Notes under the pieces: model-generated | Told to the model about the DNA's origin: nothing | The model's input: only the letters and a program-made list of their open reading frames with translations | Databases searched by the model: none | In this document: positions 38,111 to 48,542 of the stretch, piece by piece | How the letters are laid out: every line of letters begins with the position of its first letter | Position numbering within the stretch: the first letter of the stretch is position 1 | Position numbers and translations under genes: made by a program | DNA from: an uncultured delta proteobacterium | GTDB lineage: Bacteria > Myxococcota > Myxococcia > Myxococcales > Anaeromyxobacteraceae | Reading direction: 5' to 3' | DNA: 64,000 nt | Assembly (NCBI GenBank): GCA_963828255.1 | Contig: CAWHDZ010000015.1 | Coordinates: forward strand, 64,001 to 128,000

Positions 38111-39247
38111 CTAGTTGTCTGCCGGCTTGGGGTCGGCCTGGATGTCGGGAGCCAGGTCGTTGCGCACCATGACCGCGGCCCCGCCGCGCAGCTTGAAGGC
38201 GCCGCTCGAGACCACCGTCTCGCCTGCCTTCAAGCCCGTCTCGACCGCCACCAGGTCGCCGCGCCGCTCGCCCAGCCGGACGAAGCGCTGCTGGGCCACG
38301 AGCTGGTCCTTGCCGTCGGGCCCCTTCTTCTGCTCGAGCACGAAGACCGAGTCGCCGTAGGGGGCGTAGATGGCCGCCGTGGCCGGGATGAGCAGCACCG
38401 GGACGAGCTCGGGAGAGAGCACCTCGACGTTGGTGAACATGCCGGGGCGCAGCCGTCCGTCGTCGTTGGGAACCGTGGCCCGCACCTTCACGTTGCGGGT
38501 GGCCACGTCCACCTCGGTGTTGATGGTGCTCACCTTCCCGTTCCAGGTGGCGCCCGGGAAGGTGTCGGTGTGGACGTGGACCGGCTGGCCGACCTTGAGC
38601 CGCGCCAGGGCCTGCTGGGGGAGCGAGAACTCCACGTAGATGGGGGTCACCGACTGGAGCGAGGCCACCGGAGCGCCGGCGCCGAGGACCTGCCCCAGCT
38701 CGACCTGCCGGATGGCGATGCGGCCATCGAAGGGGGCTCGGATCGACTTCTTGTCGATGCTGGCCTTGATGGTATTCACCGCCGCCTGGGCCTGCTTGTA
38801 GCGGGCCTCGGCAGCGTCGAGGTCGGCGGGGGTGTTTGCCTGGCCCTTGCGAACCTCGACGGCCCGTTCGTAGTTGAGCCGGGCCAGGTTCTCGTCGGCC
38901 TTCGCCGCCGCGAGCTGCGCCTCCTCGGTGGAGGTGTCGAGCCGTACCAGGACCGCGCCCTTGCGAACGAAGGTGCCGGAGTCGAACGAGACCTCCCGGA
39001 TGGCCCCCGGGAGCTCGGAGCCCACCGTGACGCCGCGGAAGGCCACCAGGGTCCCGCTGGCCGCCTGGAGGGGCTGCCACTTCGCCGACTCGACCTGGGC
39101 CGAGGTCACCGCCTCGGGGGGAGGGACGAAGGACTTCCCGGCGCTGATCATCGAGCCGATCTGGAGCGCCTTCACGCCGACCAGCGCGGCCACCACCGCC
39201 ACGAGGAGGAAGGCGACGCCAATCCAGAGCTTGGTCCTGGTTTTCAT
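38111..39247 (-). CDS. RND efflux periplasmic adaptor (MFP)
   Basis: N-terminal TM, V.KG.VLVRLD, IRAPFDG, LRPGMF, GLKAGETVV. Confidence 0.93.
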   Translation of the reverse strand: MKTRTKLWIGVAFLLVAVVAALVGVKALQIGSMISAGKSFVPPPEAVTSAQVESAKWQPLQAASGTLVAFRGVTVGSELPGAIREVSFDSGTFVRKGAVLVRLDTSTEEAQLAAAKADENLARLNYERAVEVRKGQANTPADLDAAEARYKQAQAAVNTIKASIDKKSIRAPFDGRIAIRQVELGQVLGAGAPVASLQSVTPIYVEFSLPQQALARLKVGQPVHVHTDTFPGATWNGKVSTINTEVDVATRNVKVRATVPNDDGRLRPGMFTNVEVLSPELVPVLLIPATAAIYAPYGDSVFVLEQKKGPDGKDQLVAQQRFVRLGERRGDLVAVETGLKAGETVVSSGAFKLRGGAAVMVRNDLAPDIQADPKPADN

Positions 39248-39369
39248 GACCGTCCCCTTTAGCGTTTGACGCCCTGCGCCGCAGCGAAAAGGGGGGGGTG
39301 GCGAGGCGGGCCGGAAACTTCAAGCGATCGCTTACGCGGCGCCACTCCCCCGGAGCGCCCGGGCTGGAT

Positions 39370-41055
39370 TCACCTCGCCAGCTCGGCCTCCGCCCAGGCG
39401 CGGTCATCGGGGCTCTTCGCCACGCGCCGCAGCTTCTCCAGATACGTGCGCGCCTCCGCCTTGCGCCCGGTGGCCCCCAGGTAGACCGACAGGTTGAGGA
39501 GTGCGTCGGCGTCGTCCGGGGCCAGGGCGACGGCCTGGCGCAGCTCGACCTCGGCGCCGCGCGGGTCGCCGGCCAGGTAGAGCACCACGCCGAGCTGGAC
39601 GCGGGCCGCCACCGAGCGCGGGTCGAGCTCGACGCCGCGACGGAAGACGACGGCCGCCTCGGCGAAGCGGCGCTGCTTGGTGAGGGCCGCACCCCAGTTG
39701 AAGACCGGACGGTAGTGGCCCGGCGACTTCGCGGCGGCATCGCTCCAGAGCGCCACCTCGTCCCTCCAGGCCGGATTGCGGTTCCAGGTGACGATGCCGA
39801 GGACAGAGGCAAGGATGGCGCCGGCGACGGCGGTGTCGCGGGCGACGTGGCGGGCGTCGAGCCGCAGGAAGAGAAGGGCGAGGAGCGTCGCCGCCGCGGG
39901 GAGAAGCCCCGCCGACGGGAGGTAGACCCGGTGCTCGTTCATCACGTCGGCGATGGGGATGACGCTCGACTCCACGGACAGGGTGACGAAGAACCAGGCG
40001 ATCCCCAGCCCCACCAGCCGGACCGACGGGTCGAGGGCCGGCCTTCCGCCCCGGGGGCGGCAGCGCCAGAAGAGCCACGCCGCAAGGGCCCCGAGCGCGC
40101 CCAGGAGGAGGACGGAACCGGCCACGTCGAGCGTCCGCCAGGAGCGCCGGATGGCCACCAGGTGGTCCACCGTCTGGCCGTACGGCAGGACGAGCAGCCG
40201 GAGGTAGGACACCACCACCACCGCCTGGGTGCGCAGGTAGTCGAGCCGCCCGGCCGGCGCGATGACGCGGGTGGAGGCGTCCGCCGAGGCCAGCATCCCG
40301 GAGGGGGAGGCGCTCAGGTCCACGAGGGAGAGGGGGATGAGGAGCGCGATCGCCGCCGCCGGCAGGATGGGAAGCCAGCGCCTCCGGCCGCCGGTGAAGA
40401 GGGCCCACTCCACCAGCGCGAGCGAGATCGGGAGGGTGAAGGAGATCTCCTTCGTGCGCGTGGCGAGCAGGGAGGCGAGGAGCATTCCGGCGTAGGCGAG
40501 CCATCGCCCGGGCTTCCCCTCGCGAAGGCGCCAGACCAGGTAGAGGACCGTCGCCCCCAGGTAGAAGAGGGTGGCGAGCGAGGTGATGCGCTGGACCACG
40601 TAGCTCACCGCCTGGGTGGCGAGCGGGTGGGCGACGAAGAGGGCCGCGGCCGCGAAGGCGACCGCCGGGGCCGAGGGCGCGAGCGCCGAATCGCGCATCC
40701 GCGGGGTCCGGAAGGCAAGGACGACGAGGGCCTGGACGAGCAGCGCGTTGCAGAGGTGGATGGCCAGGTTGACGACGTGCCAGCCGAACGGCTCGTAGCC
40801 GCCCAGGGCGTGGTTCAGCGCGAAGGTGAGGTAGGCCACGAATCGGTTCGGGAGCACCCGGTGGATGGACGAACCGAGGAAGGCGCCGAGGTCCCGGATG
40901 GCCCCGTTCTCGACCAGCTGCTCCAGGTCGTCGAAGACGAACTGGCCGTGAAGGGAGTTCGAGTAGGCGAGGATCCCGAGCGCGACCACGGCCAGCGAGG
41001 GCAGCGCCGCGAGCGCGGCAGCCGCTGGGGAACGGGCCTTCCGGGGGCGCGACAT
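39370..41055 (-). CDS. TMTC-like GT-C membrane glycosyltransferase with C-terminal TPRs
   Basis: FVFDD acidic pair after TM1, HP..TQAV.Y..QR, TKE, EHR.YLPS, RN..W..E.ALW.DA, then TPR repeats. Confidence 0.8.
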   Translation of the reverse strand: MSRPRKARSPAAAALAALPSLAVVALGILAYSNSLHGQFVFDDLEQLVENGAIRDLGAFLGSSIHRVLPNRFVAYLTFALNHALGGYEPFGWHVVNLAIHLCNALLVQALVVLAFRTPRMRDSALAPSAPAVAFAAAALFVAHPLATQAVSYVVQRITSLATLFYLGATVLYLVWRLREGKPGRWLAYAGMLLASLLATRTKEISFTLPISLALVEWALFTGGRRRWLPILPAAAIALLIPLSLVDLSASPSGMLASADASTRVIAPAGRLDYLRTQAVVVVSYLRLLVLPYGQTVDHLVAIRRSWRTLDVAGSVLLLGALGALAAWLFWRCRPRGGRPALDPSVRLVGLGIAWFFVTLSVESSVIPIADVMNEHRVYLPSAGLLPAAATLLALLFLRLDARHVARDTAVAGAILASVLGIVTWNRNPAWRDEVALWSDAAAKSPGHYRPVFNWGAALTKQRRFAEAAVVFRRGVELDPRSVAARVQLGVVLYLAGDPRGAEVELRQAVALAPDDADALLNLSVYLGATGRKAEARTYLEKLRRVAKSPDDRAWAEAELAR

Positions 41056-41196
41056 GGGCGCCGAAGATACCAGATCGTCCGGGCTATCCCAGGCGGCCGA
41101 CGTGCAGGCGACGGCGCGAAGCCTTGCCGACCCAGGGGTCGCAGCGCGGACCCCCGCAAGAGGGAAGCGATCCCGCTTCGGGTATCATGCGCCGCA

Positions 41197-42183
41197 ATGA
41201 AGGTGGTCCTCGTCAACGTCCACGGGACGATCCCGGCCCTGCGCTACGGGGGCGTCGAGCGGGTCATGTGGTGGCTGGGGAAGGAGCTCTCCACCCGGGG
41301 TCACGAGGTCACCTACCTCGTCCGCGGTGGATCCTGCCCCTTCGCCCGCGTGATCCGGCACGACCCGCGCCTTCCGCTCGAGCCGCAGATCCCCTCCGAC
41401 GCCGACGTGGTCCACGTCCAGCACGTGCTCCCGGACGGGGAGTCGATCGCCCGCCCGCGGCTCATCACGCTGCACGGGCCGGGTTCGCGGGAGGTGGAGC
41501 TGGACCGGGACACCGTGTTCGTCTCCCGGGACCACGCGGCCCGCTTCGGGTCCACGCGCTTCGTCCACAACGGGATCGACTGGGACGGGTACGGACCGCC
41601 GTCGCTCGACGCCCCCCGCTCGTGGGTGCACTTCCTGGGGGACGGGGCCTGGAAGGTGAAGAACCTCCGGGGCGCCATCCGCGTGGCGGGGCTGGCCGGC
41701 GAGGAGCTCCGGGTGGCGGGCGGGTTCCGGCTCAACTTCCGGATGGGGTTTCGCCTCACCTTGTCACCGAGAGTGAAATTTCACGGCTGGGTGGGGGAGG
41801 AGGAGAAGCGGCGCATCCTCTCCGGCTCGAAGGGCCTTCTCTTCCCGGTCCGCTGGCGGGAGCCCTTCGGCCTTGCCATCGTGGAGAGCCTCTACTTCGG
41901 CTGCCCCGTCTTCGGGACGCCCTACGGGTCGCTGCCCGAGCTGGTCCCTCCCGGCGTGGGGTTCCTCTCGGCCGACGCCGGAGAGCTGGCCGAGGCCGTC
42001 CGCGGCGCGGCGCGCTTCGACCGGAGACTGTGCCACGAGCACGCCGTGTCGGGCTTCGGGGTGGGGAGCATGACCGACCGGTACCTGGAGGCCTACGAGC
42101 GGGTGCGATCGGGGGAGCACCTGCACGCCGCGCCCCCGCGGCGGACCCAGCCGCCGGACCAGGGGCTCCTGCCCTTCGGATGA
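41197..42183 (+). CDS. GT4-family glycosyltransferase
   Basis: ATG 41197; YGGVERV, GHEVT, HNGID, WREPFGLAIVESL..G.PV. Confidence 0.9.
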   Translation: MKVVLVNVHGTIPALRYGGVERVMWWLGKELSTRGHEVTYLVRGGSCPFARVIRHDPRLPLEPQIPSDADVVHVQHVLPDGESIARPRLITLHGPGSREVELDRDTVFVSRDHAARFGSTRFVHNGIDWDGYGPPSLDAPRSWVHFLGDGAWKVKNLRGAIRVAGLAGEELRVAGGFRLNFRMGFRLTLSPRVKFHGWVGEEEKRRILSGSKGLLFPVRWREPFGLAIVESLYFGCPVFGTPYGSLPELVPPGVGFLSADAGELAEAVRGAARFDRRLCHEHAVSGFGVGSMTDRYLEAYERVRSGEHLHAAPPRRTQPPDQGLLPFG

Positions 42184-42207
42184 GGGCGGCCGAAGGCCGG
42201 TCGCGCC

Positions 42208-43497
42208 CTACAGCATGGCCCGGCGCATGTCGCGCAGGAGCTCGGCCAGGTAGGCGGTGAAGCGGGCCCCGGCGACGCCGTCGATGACACGGTGGTCGTA
42301 GGAAAGGGAGAGCGGGAGCATCTTGCGGGGGGCGAATCGCTCGCCGTCCCAGATCGGACGCGTGGCGACGCGCGACGCTCCCAGGATGGCGACCTCGGGC
42401 GCGTTCACGATGGGTGTGAAAGCGGTCCCTCCGACGCCCCCCAGGCTGGAGATGGAGAAGCTGCCGCCCTGGATGTCGGTGGCGGCGAGCTTGCCGTCGC
42501 GCGCCCGGGCCGAGAGCTCCCCCAGCTCCCGGGCGATGTCCAGCACCCCCTTGCGGTCGGCGTCGCGGAGCACCGGGACGACCAGGCCGTTCGGGGTGTC
42601 GGCGGCGAACCCGACGTGGAAGTAGCGCTTCAGGACCAGGCTGTCGCCGTCCAGGGAGGAGTTGAAGTCGGGGAAGCGCCTCAGGGCGGCCACGCTGGCC
42701 TTCACCAGGAAGGCGAGCAGCGTGACCTTGGGCCCCTTGTCACCCAGCTCGGCGTTGAGCTTCACCCGGAAGTCCTCGAGGTCGGTCACGTCGGCCTCGT
42801 CGAACTGGGTGACGTGCGGGATCATCACCCAGTTGCGGGCCAGGTTGGCGCCGGCGATCTTGCGGATCCGGGAGAGGGGCCGGGTCTCCACCGGTCCGAA
42901 GCGGGCGAAGTCCACCCTGGGCCAGGGGAGCAGGTCGAGCCCCACGCCGCCCGGCACCTGACCGGCCAGCGCCTGCTTGACGAACTTCTGCACGTCCTCC
43001 TGGAGGACCCGGCCGCGCGGACCGCTGCCGGTGACCCGGGACAGGTCCACGCCCAGTTCCCTGGCGACCTTCCGGACCGCGGGCGAGGCGTGGGCCTGGA
43101 CGGACGGAGCTGGTCCGGAAGCGGCCACGGACGCGGGAACGGAGACCGGCACGGGTGCCGCCGCGGGTGCAGCGGCCGGCGGCGCAGCGGCAGCAGGCGC
43201 AGCGGGGGCAGTGGGTGCTGCGGGGGCAGCCGCCGGGGTCGCCGGGACGACCGACTCGCCCGCGGTCTCGAGCAGGACCACCAGCGACCCCTCGCCCACC
43301 CGGTCGCCGACCTTCACCCGGACCTCGCGCACCGTCCCGGCGAACGGGGAGGGTACGTCCATCGTCGCCTTGTCCGACTCCAGCGTGACGAGCGACGCGT
43401 CGGCCGCGACCGCCTCGCCGGGCTTCACCAGCACCTCGATGACCCCGACGTCCTTGAAGCCGCCGATGTTCGGGACCCGCACCTCGAGCACGCTCAT
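42208..43497 (-). CDS. aceF: Pyruvate dehydrogenase E2 dihydrolipoyl acetyltransferase
   Basis: One lipoyl domain (LESDKA), Ala/Pro linker, E3-binding ASPAVRK..GSGPRGR, YDHRVIDG. Confidence 0.95.
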   Translation of the reverse strand: MSVLEVRVPNIGGFKDVGVIEVLVKPGEAVAADASLVTLESDKATMDVPSPFAGTVREVRVKVGDRVGEGSLVVLLETAGESVVPATPAAAPAAPTAPAAPAAAAPPAAAPAAAPVPVSVPASVAASGPAPSVQAHASPAVRKVARELGVDLSRVTGSGPRGRVLQEDVQKFVKQALAGQVPGGVGLDLLPWPRVDFARFGPVETRPLSRIRKIAGANLARNWVMIPHVTQFDEADVTDLEDFRVKLNAELGDKGPKVTLLAFLVKASVAALRRFPDFNSSLDGDSLVLKRYFHVGFAADTPNGLVVPVLRDADRKGVLDIARELGELSARARDGKLAATDIQGGSFSISSLGGVGGTAFTPIVNAPEVAILGASRVATRPIWDGERFAPRKMLPLSLSYDHRVIDGVAGARFTAYLAELLRDMRRAML

Positions 43498-43499
43498 GA

Positions 43500-46154
43500 T
43501 CACACCGTCCAGGGTGCGGGGCGGGAGCCGTCGATGCCGTACTTGCGCACGGCCTCGGCGGCGCGGGCCGCGGGGATGACCCCGTCGTCGGCGAGCGCCT
43601 TCAAGGCCGCGACCGCGACGTGGAAGCGGTCCACCTCGAAGAAGCTGCGCAGCTTCTCGCGGGTGTCGGAGCGGCCGAAGCCGTCGGTGCCGAGCACCAG
43701 GTAGCGCCGGGGGACGAAGGCCCGGATCTGATCCGCGTACGACCGGACGTAGTCGGTCGCGGCGATGACCGGCCCCTTCGTGGCGGAGAGCCTCTGCTCC
43801 ACGAACGACAGGCGTTGCTTCGCCTCGGGGTGAAGGAGGTTCTCCCGGGCCGCGGCGTTCCCCTCGCGGGCGAGCTCGGTGAAGCTGGGGGCGCTCCAGA
43901 GGTCGGACTCGACGCCCCAGTCGGCGCGCAGGAGTTCCGCCGCCGCCGCGACCTCGTGGAAGATGGCTCCCGAGCCGAGGAGCTGGACCCGCGGCGCGCC
44001 GGGTGCGTCGCCTCCCTTGCGGAAGAGGTAGAGCCCGCGGCGGATCCCGTCCTCGACCCCTTCCGGCATGGCCGGCTGCCGGTGGTTCTCGTTGAGGAGC
44101 GTCAGGTAGTAGTAGACGTCCTCCTGGGCCTCGTGCATGCGCCGCAGGCCGTCCTGGATGATCACCGCCACCTCGTAGCCGAAGGCCGGGTCGTAGGAGA
44201 CCGCGTTGGGGATGGTGGCCGAGATGACGTGGGAGTGGCCGTCCTGGTGCTGGAGACCCTCGCCGTTCAGCGTGGTGCGCCCCGACGTGCCGCCGAGCAG
44301 GAACCCGCGCGAGCGCATGTCGCCGGCGGCCCAGGCCAGGTCGCCGACCCGCTGGAAGCCGAACATCGAGTAGAAGATGTAGAAGGGGATCATCGGCACG
44401 CCGTGCACCGAGTAGGAGGTGGCCGCGGCGATCCAGTCGGCCATGGCGCCGGCCTCGTTGATCCCCTCCTGCAGGATCTGCCCCTTCTTGTCCTCCTTGT
44501 AGAAGGAGAGCTGGTCGGCGTCCTGGGGCGTGTAGAGCTGCCCGACGTGGCTCCAGATGCCGAGCTGCCGGAACATGCCCTCCATGCCGAAGGTGCGCGA
44601 CTCGTCGGCGACGATGGGCACGACGTGCGGGGCGACGGTCTTGTCCCGCAGCAGGATCTGTAGAAATTGCACGAAGGCCATGGTGGTGGAGATCTCGCGG
44701 TCGCCGCTGCCCGTGAGCAGCCGGGCGAAGGTGGCGAGCGGGGGGATGGGAAGCACCGTCGAACCGCCGCTGCGGCGGGGCCGGTCGCCGCCCAGATCGG
44801 TGCGGCGGGTCTTCATGTACTCGAGCTCCCGCGAGCCCTCCTCGAACTTCACGTACGGCACCTCCTCGAGCCGGTCGTCCGGCACCGGGATCTGGAAGCG
44901 GTCGCGGAAGCGGCGGATGGCCTCCACCGACATCTTCTTCTGCTGGTGGGTGATGTTCTGGGCCTCGCCCGACTCGCCCATGCCGTAGCCCTTCACGGTC
45001 TTGGCGAGGATCAGGGTGGGCTCGCCCTGGTGCTGCATGGCGGCCTGGTAGGCGGCGAAGACCTTGAACGGGTCGTGGCCGCCGCGGTTCAGGTTCCAGA
45101 TGTCCTCGTCGGAGTAGTCGGCCACCATGGCCCTGAGCTCCGGCGTGTTGAAGAAGTGCTCCCGGACGTAGGTCCCGTTCTTGGCCTTGTAGGTCTGGTA
45201 GTCGCCGTCCACGGCCTCCATCATGCGGCGCTGCAGGGCGCCGGTCCTGTCGCGGGCCAGCAGGGGATCCCAGTGGCGCCCCCAGACCACCTTGATGACG
45301 TTCCAGCCGGCGCCCCGGAACTCGCTCTCCAGCTCCTGGATGATCTTCCCGTTGCCGCGCACCGGCCCGTCGAGCCGCTGGAGGTTGGCGTTCACCACGA
45401 AGACCAGGTTGTCGAGCTTCTCGCGCCCGGCCATGCCGATGGCGCCCATGGACTCCGGCTCGTCCATCTCGCCGTCGCCGGTGAGCGCCCAGACCTTCCG
45501 CCCCTGGGTCTTCGCCATGCCGCGGTCGTCCAGGTACTTCATGAAGCGGGCCTGGTAGATGGCCATGAGCGGCCCGAGCCCCATCGACACGGTGGGGAAG
45601 TTCCAGAACTTCGGCATGAGCCAGGGGTGCGGGTAGGAGGAGATCCCCCGGCCGTCCACCTCCTGGCGGAAGCGGTCGAGTTGCCCCTCGCTGAGCAGCC
45701 CGAGCAGGAAGGCGCGTGCGTAGATTCCCGGCGCCGAGTGGCCCTGGATGAAGACCAGGTCGCCCCCCTGCTCCTTGGTGGCCGCGCGCCAGAAGTGGTT
45801 GTAGCCGATGTCGTAGAGCATCGCCGCCGAGGCGAAGCTGGCGATGTGGCCGCCCACGTTGGTGTCCTTGTTGGCCCGGATCACCATGGCCATGGCGTTC
45901 CACCGGATGAAGTGGCGGATGCGCTGCTCGAGCTCGAAGTCGCCCGGGAGCGGAGGCTGCCGCTCCACCGGGATGGTGTTCACGTAGGCGGTGTTGGCCG
46001 AGAAGGGGAGGTAGGCGCCGGAGCGGCGGGCGCGGTCGATGAGCTTCTCGATGAGCCAGTGGGCGCGGTCCGGCCCTTCCCGGGCGATGACGCCCTCGAG
46101 GGCGTCGATCCATTCACCGGTTTCCTGTGGGTCCACGTCGGGTGGGCGGTCCAT
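43500..46154 (-). CDS. aceE: Pyruvate dehydrogenase E1, homodimeric type
   Basis: DPQET.EW, GGHIASF, FPTVSMGLGP, GDGEMDEPES, NLQRLDGPVRGN, GEGLQHQDG. Confidence 0.96.
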   Translation of the reverse strand: MDRPPDVDPQETGEWIDALEGVIAREGPDRAHWLIEKLIDRARRSGAYLPFSANTAYVNTIPVERQPPLPGDFELEQRIRHFIRWNAMAMVIRANKDTNVGGHIASFASAAMLYDIGYNHFWRAATKEQGGDLVFIQGHSAPGIYARAFLLGLLSEGQLDRFRQEVDGRGISSYPHPWLMPKFWNFPTVSMGLGPLMAIYQARFMKYLDDRGMAKTQGRKVWALTGDGEMDEPESMGAIGMAGREKLDNLVFVVNANLQRLDGPVRGNGKIIQELESEFRGAGWNVIKVVWGRHWDPLLARDRTGALQRRMMEAVDGDYQTYKAKNGTYVREHFFNTPELRAMVADYSDEDIWNLNRGGHDPFKVFAAYQAAMQHQGEPTLILAKTVKGYGMGESGEAQNITHQQKKMSVEAIRRFRDRFQIPVPDDRLEEVPYVKFEEGSRELEYMKTRRTDLGGDRPRRSGGSTVLPIPPLATFARLLTGSGDREISTTMAFVQFLQILLRDKTVAPHVVPIVADESRTFGMEGMFRQLGIWSHVGQLYTPQDADQLSFYKEDKKGQILQEGINEAGAMADWIAAATSYSVHGVPMIPFYIFYSMFGFQRVGDLAWAAGDMRSRGFLLGGTSGRTTLNGEGLQHQDGHSHVISATIPNAVSYDPAFGYEVAVIIQDGLRRMHEAQEDVYYYLTLLNENHRQPAMPEGVEDGIRRGLYLFRKGGDAPGAPRVQLLGSGAIFHEVAAAAELLRADWGVESDLWSAPSFTELAREGNAAARENLLHPEAKQRLSFVEQRLSATKGPVIAATDYVRSYADQIRAFVPRRYLVLGTDGFGRSDTREKLRSFFEVDRFHVAVAALKALADDGVIPAARAAEAVRKYGIDGSRPAPWTV

Positions 46155-46259
46155 CGATGCTCCTCGGCCGGGTTTCCCATGAGGTTAACTGGGAATCCGG
46201 CCGGGAGCATGGAACAGCGGGGCGATATCACATGAGGACCAAGGTGCCAGGGCGTGCGG

Positions 46260-47681
46260 TCACCCGCCGGCGAGCTTCAACCCCGCGTCGAGCCGGGCGA
46301 GCGACTCCTCCCGTCCGAGGAGCAGGATCACGTCGTAGATCCCCGGCGACGCCGTGCCGCCGGTGAGCGCCACCCGGACCGGCTGGGCCACCTTCCCGAG
46401 CCCGAGCGACCGCGCCGCGGCCACGTCGTGGAAGAGCTTCTCGAGCCCTGCAGCGTCGAGCGCCGCGCTGGCCGCGACGCCGTCGCGGATGGCCTGGAGG
46501 ATCGGCGCCGCGTCGGTCCCGAGGAACTTCTCCCGGGCCTTCGGGTCCATCTCCACCGGGGAGAAGTAGCAGCGGGACTGGGAGACCAGGTCCACGAGCG
46601 TCTTGGCCCGCTCCTGGTAGGCCCTGGCGATGGCCGGGAGGCGCGGGTCGCCTTCCACCTCGAGCCCCGCCGCGCGGTAGTAGGGCAGCGCACGCCGGGC
46701 CAGCTCCGCCGGCGCCAGCGACTTCACCCACGTCTGGTTCACCCAGACCATCTTCTCCGGGTTGAAGACGCTGGCCGTGTCCCCCACGTGGTCGAAGCCG
46801 AAGTGCTTCACCAGTTCACCCATGGTGAATATTTCCTGGTCGCCATGGGACCAGCCGAGGCGCACCAGGTAGTTCACCACCGCCTCGGGCAGGAACCCCA
46901 TGTCGCGGTAGGCGGTCACGCTGGTGGCGCCGTGGCGCTTGGAGAGGCGGGTCTTGTCGGCACCCAGGATCATGGGCAGGTGGGCGAAGGCCGGGACCGG
47001 GTAGCCGAGGGCCTCGTAGAGGAGCACCTGGACCGCGGTGTTGTTCACGTGGTCGTCGCCCCGGGCCACCAGGTTGATCTCCATGGTGACGTCGTCGACC
47101 ACCGCGCCGAAGTTGTAGAGCGGGACGCCGTCGGCCCGGACGATGACCTCGTCCTGCAGGGTCGAGCCGGGGCGGGTGATGGCCCCCTTCACGAGATCGG
47201 TGAAGGTCAGCTCGAGCAGCTTGGGGAGGCGAAATCGGATGACGTGGCGGCGCGACGGATCGTAGGCGAGGTCGCGGCAGGTACCCGGGTAGATGAACTG
47301 CCGCTTCTCGGCCTTGGCCAGCTCGCGCTGGGCGTCCAGGTCCTCCTTGGAGCAGTAGCAGGCGTAGGCCTTGCCGGCCTTCACGAGCTTCTCGGCGTAC
47401 TCCTCGTAGAGGCCGAGCCGCTGCATCTGGAAGTACGGGCCGAAGGGGCCGCCCACGTCGGGCCCCTCGTCCCAGTCGAGGCCCAGCCAGCGCATCCCGT
47501 CGAGGATGGCGCGCACCGCCTCCTCGGTGGAGCGCTCCCGGTCGGTGTCCTCGATGCGCAGGATGAACTTGCCGCCGGTGTGGCGGGCCCAGAGCCAGTT
47601 GAGGAGCGCCGCGCGGGCCCCCCCGATGTGGAGGTAGCCGGTGGGGGACGGGGCGAAGCGGACACGGACCGGAGCGCTCAT
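46260..47681 (-). CDS. gltX: Glutamate--tRNA ligase
   Basis: RFAPSPTGYLHIGG, LRIEDTD, RGDDH, LSKRHG. Confidence 0.96.
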   Translation of the reverse strand: MSAPVRVRFAPSPTGYLHIGGARAALLNWLWARHTGGKFILRIEDTDRERSTEEAVRAILDGMRWLGLDWDEGPDVGGPFGPYFQMQRLGLYEEYAEKLVKAGKAYACYCSKEDLDAQRELAKAEKRQFIYPGTCRDLAYDPSRRHVIRFRLPKLLELTFTDLVKGAITRPGSTLQDEVIVRADGVPLYNFGAVVDDVTMEINLVARGDDHVNNTAVQVLLYEALGYPVPAFAHLPMILGADKTRLSKRHGATSVTAYRDMGFLPEAVVNYLVRLGWSHGDQEIFTMGELVKHFGFDHVGDTASVFNPEKMVWVNQTWVKSLAPAELARRALPYYRAAGLEVEGDPRLPAIARAYQERAKTLVDLVSQSRCYFSPVEMDPKAREKFLGTDAAPILQAIRDGVAASAALDAAGLEKLFHDVAAARSLGLGKVAQPVRVALTGGTASPGIYDVILLLGREESLARLDAGLKLAGG

Positions 47682-47714
47682 GGGCGCGGAAACTAGCACA
47701 ACCGGGAGGCGCCA

Positions 47715-48542
47715 TCAGGACAGGACGACGCCGGCGTACCCCACCACGCTGCGATCGTCGCCGGTCACCTCCCCGGAGTTCGCGTAGCGCACCAACTCCG
47801 CCTTCCGGGCTCCCTGCGCCACCGCCGCCACGACCATGATGGTGGCCGGCACGAAGCCGCACATGGAGATGTCCTCCCGGGAGACCACCTCGTGGAGCCC
47901 GCGCGCGTCGAGCGCCAGGATCCGGTCGAGCGCCAGCCGGTCCTTGGCGCGCGCCACCGCCGCCGGGAGGTAGTGGCTCATGTCGCTCGAGGCGACCACG
48001 AGCGCCTCGTGGCGCGCCGCCACCCGGGCCAGCCCCTCCCCGATCTCCTCGCACCGGGAGTACGACAGGCCGGACACGCAGACCGCTGCGATGGCGACGT
48101 CGGGACGCCGGACCTGGAGGAAGGGGAGCTGGACCTCGAGCGCGTGCTCGAGCCGGTGCGCCTCGCGGTCGGGGGTGGCGAGCCCGGCCTCGACGATCTC
48201 CCGGGTCATCCCCTCGTCCACCGCGACCGGGCCGAGCGGGGTCGCCCACGCCCCGCCGGGCCAGGCGGCGACGCGCTGCCCCCGCCCGGTGTGGTTCGGG
48301 CAGAGGACGATCACCCGCCGCGGGACGGCCACGCGCGCGAAGGTCGCCCCCGCCACCGCTCCCGAGTAGACGTACCCCGCGTGCGGGGAGAGGACGCCGA
48401 GGGCGACGCGGGGAACGACTGCGGAGCCCTCCCCGGAGGGCCCGGCCAGCAGGGAAGCCACCTCCCCGGCCAGCTCCCCGGGGCCGGACGGATAGAAACG
48501 GCCCGCGACCGCGGGTTCGCGCTCCCTCGCCACGTCGGGCAT
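47715..48542 (-). CDS. MEMO1-family protein (AmmeMemoRadiSam protein B)
   Basis: PAVAGRFYP, PHAGYVYSG, PNH, EHALEVQLPFLQ, ASSDMSHY, SMCG, VVGYAG. Confidence 0.9.
   Translation of the reverse strand: MPDVAREREPAVAGRFYPSGPGELAGEVASLLAGPSGEGSAVVPRVALGVLSPHAGYVYSGAVAGATFARVAVPRRVIVLCPNHTGRGQRVAAWPGGAWATPLGPVAVDEGMTREIVEAGLATPDREAHRLEHALEVQLPFLQVRRPDVAIAAVCVSGLSYSRCEEIGEGLARVAARHEALVVASSDMSHYLPAAVARAKDRLALDRILALDARGLHEVVSREDISMCGFVPATIMVVAAVAQGARKAELVRYANSGEVTGDDRSVVGYAGVVLS

Noticed and set aside
34971..39812. 1613-aa ORF as a giant RND fusion
   Set aside because: Only the last ~400 aa are real (RND C-terminus after the frameshift); the rest is off-frame.
43130..43250. Ala/Pro-rich repetitive segment
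   Set aside because: Ordinary flexible linker of PDH E2.
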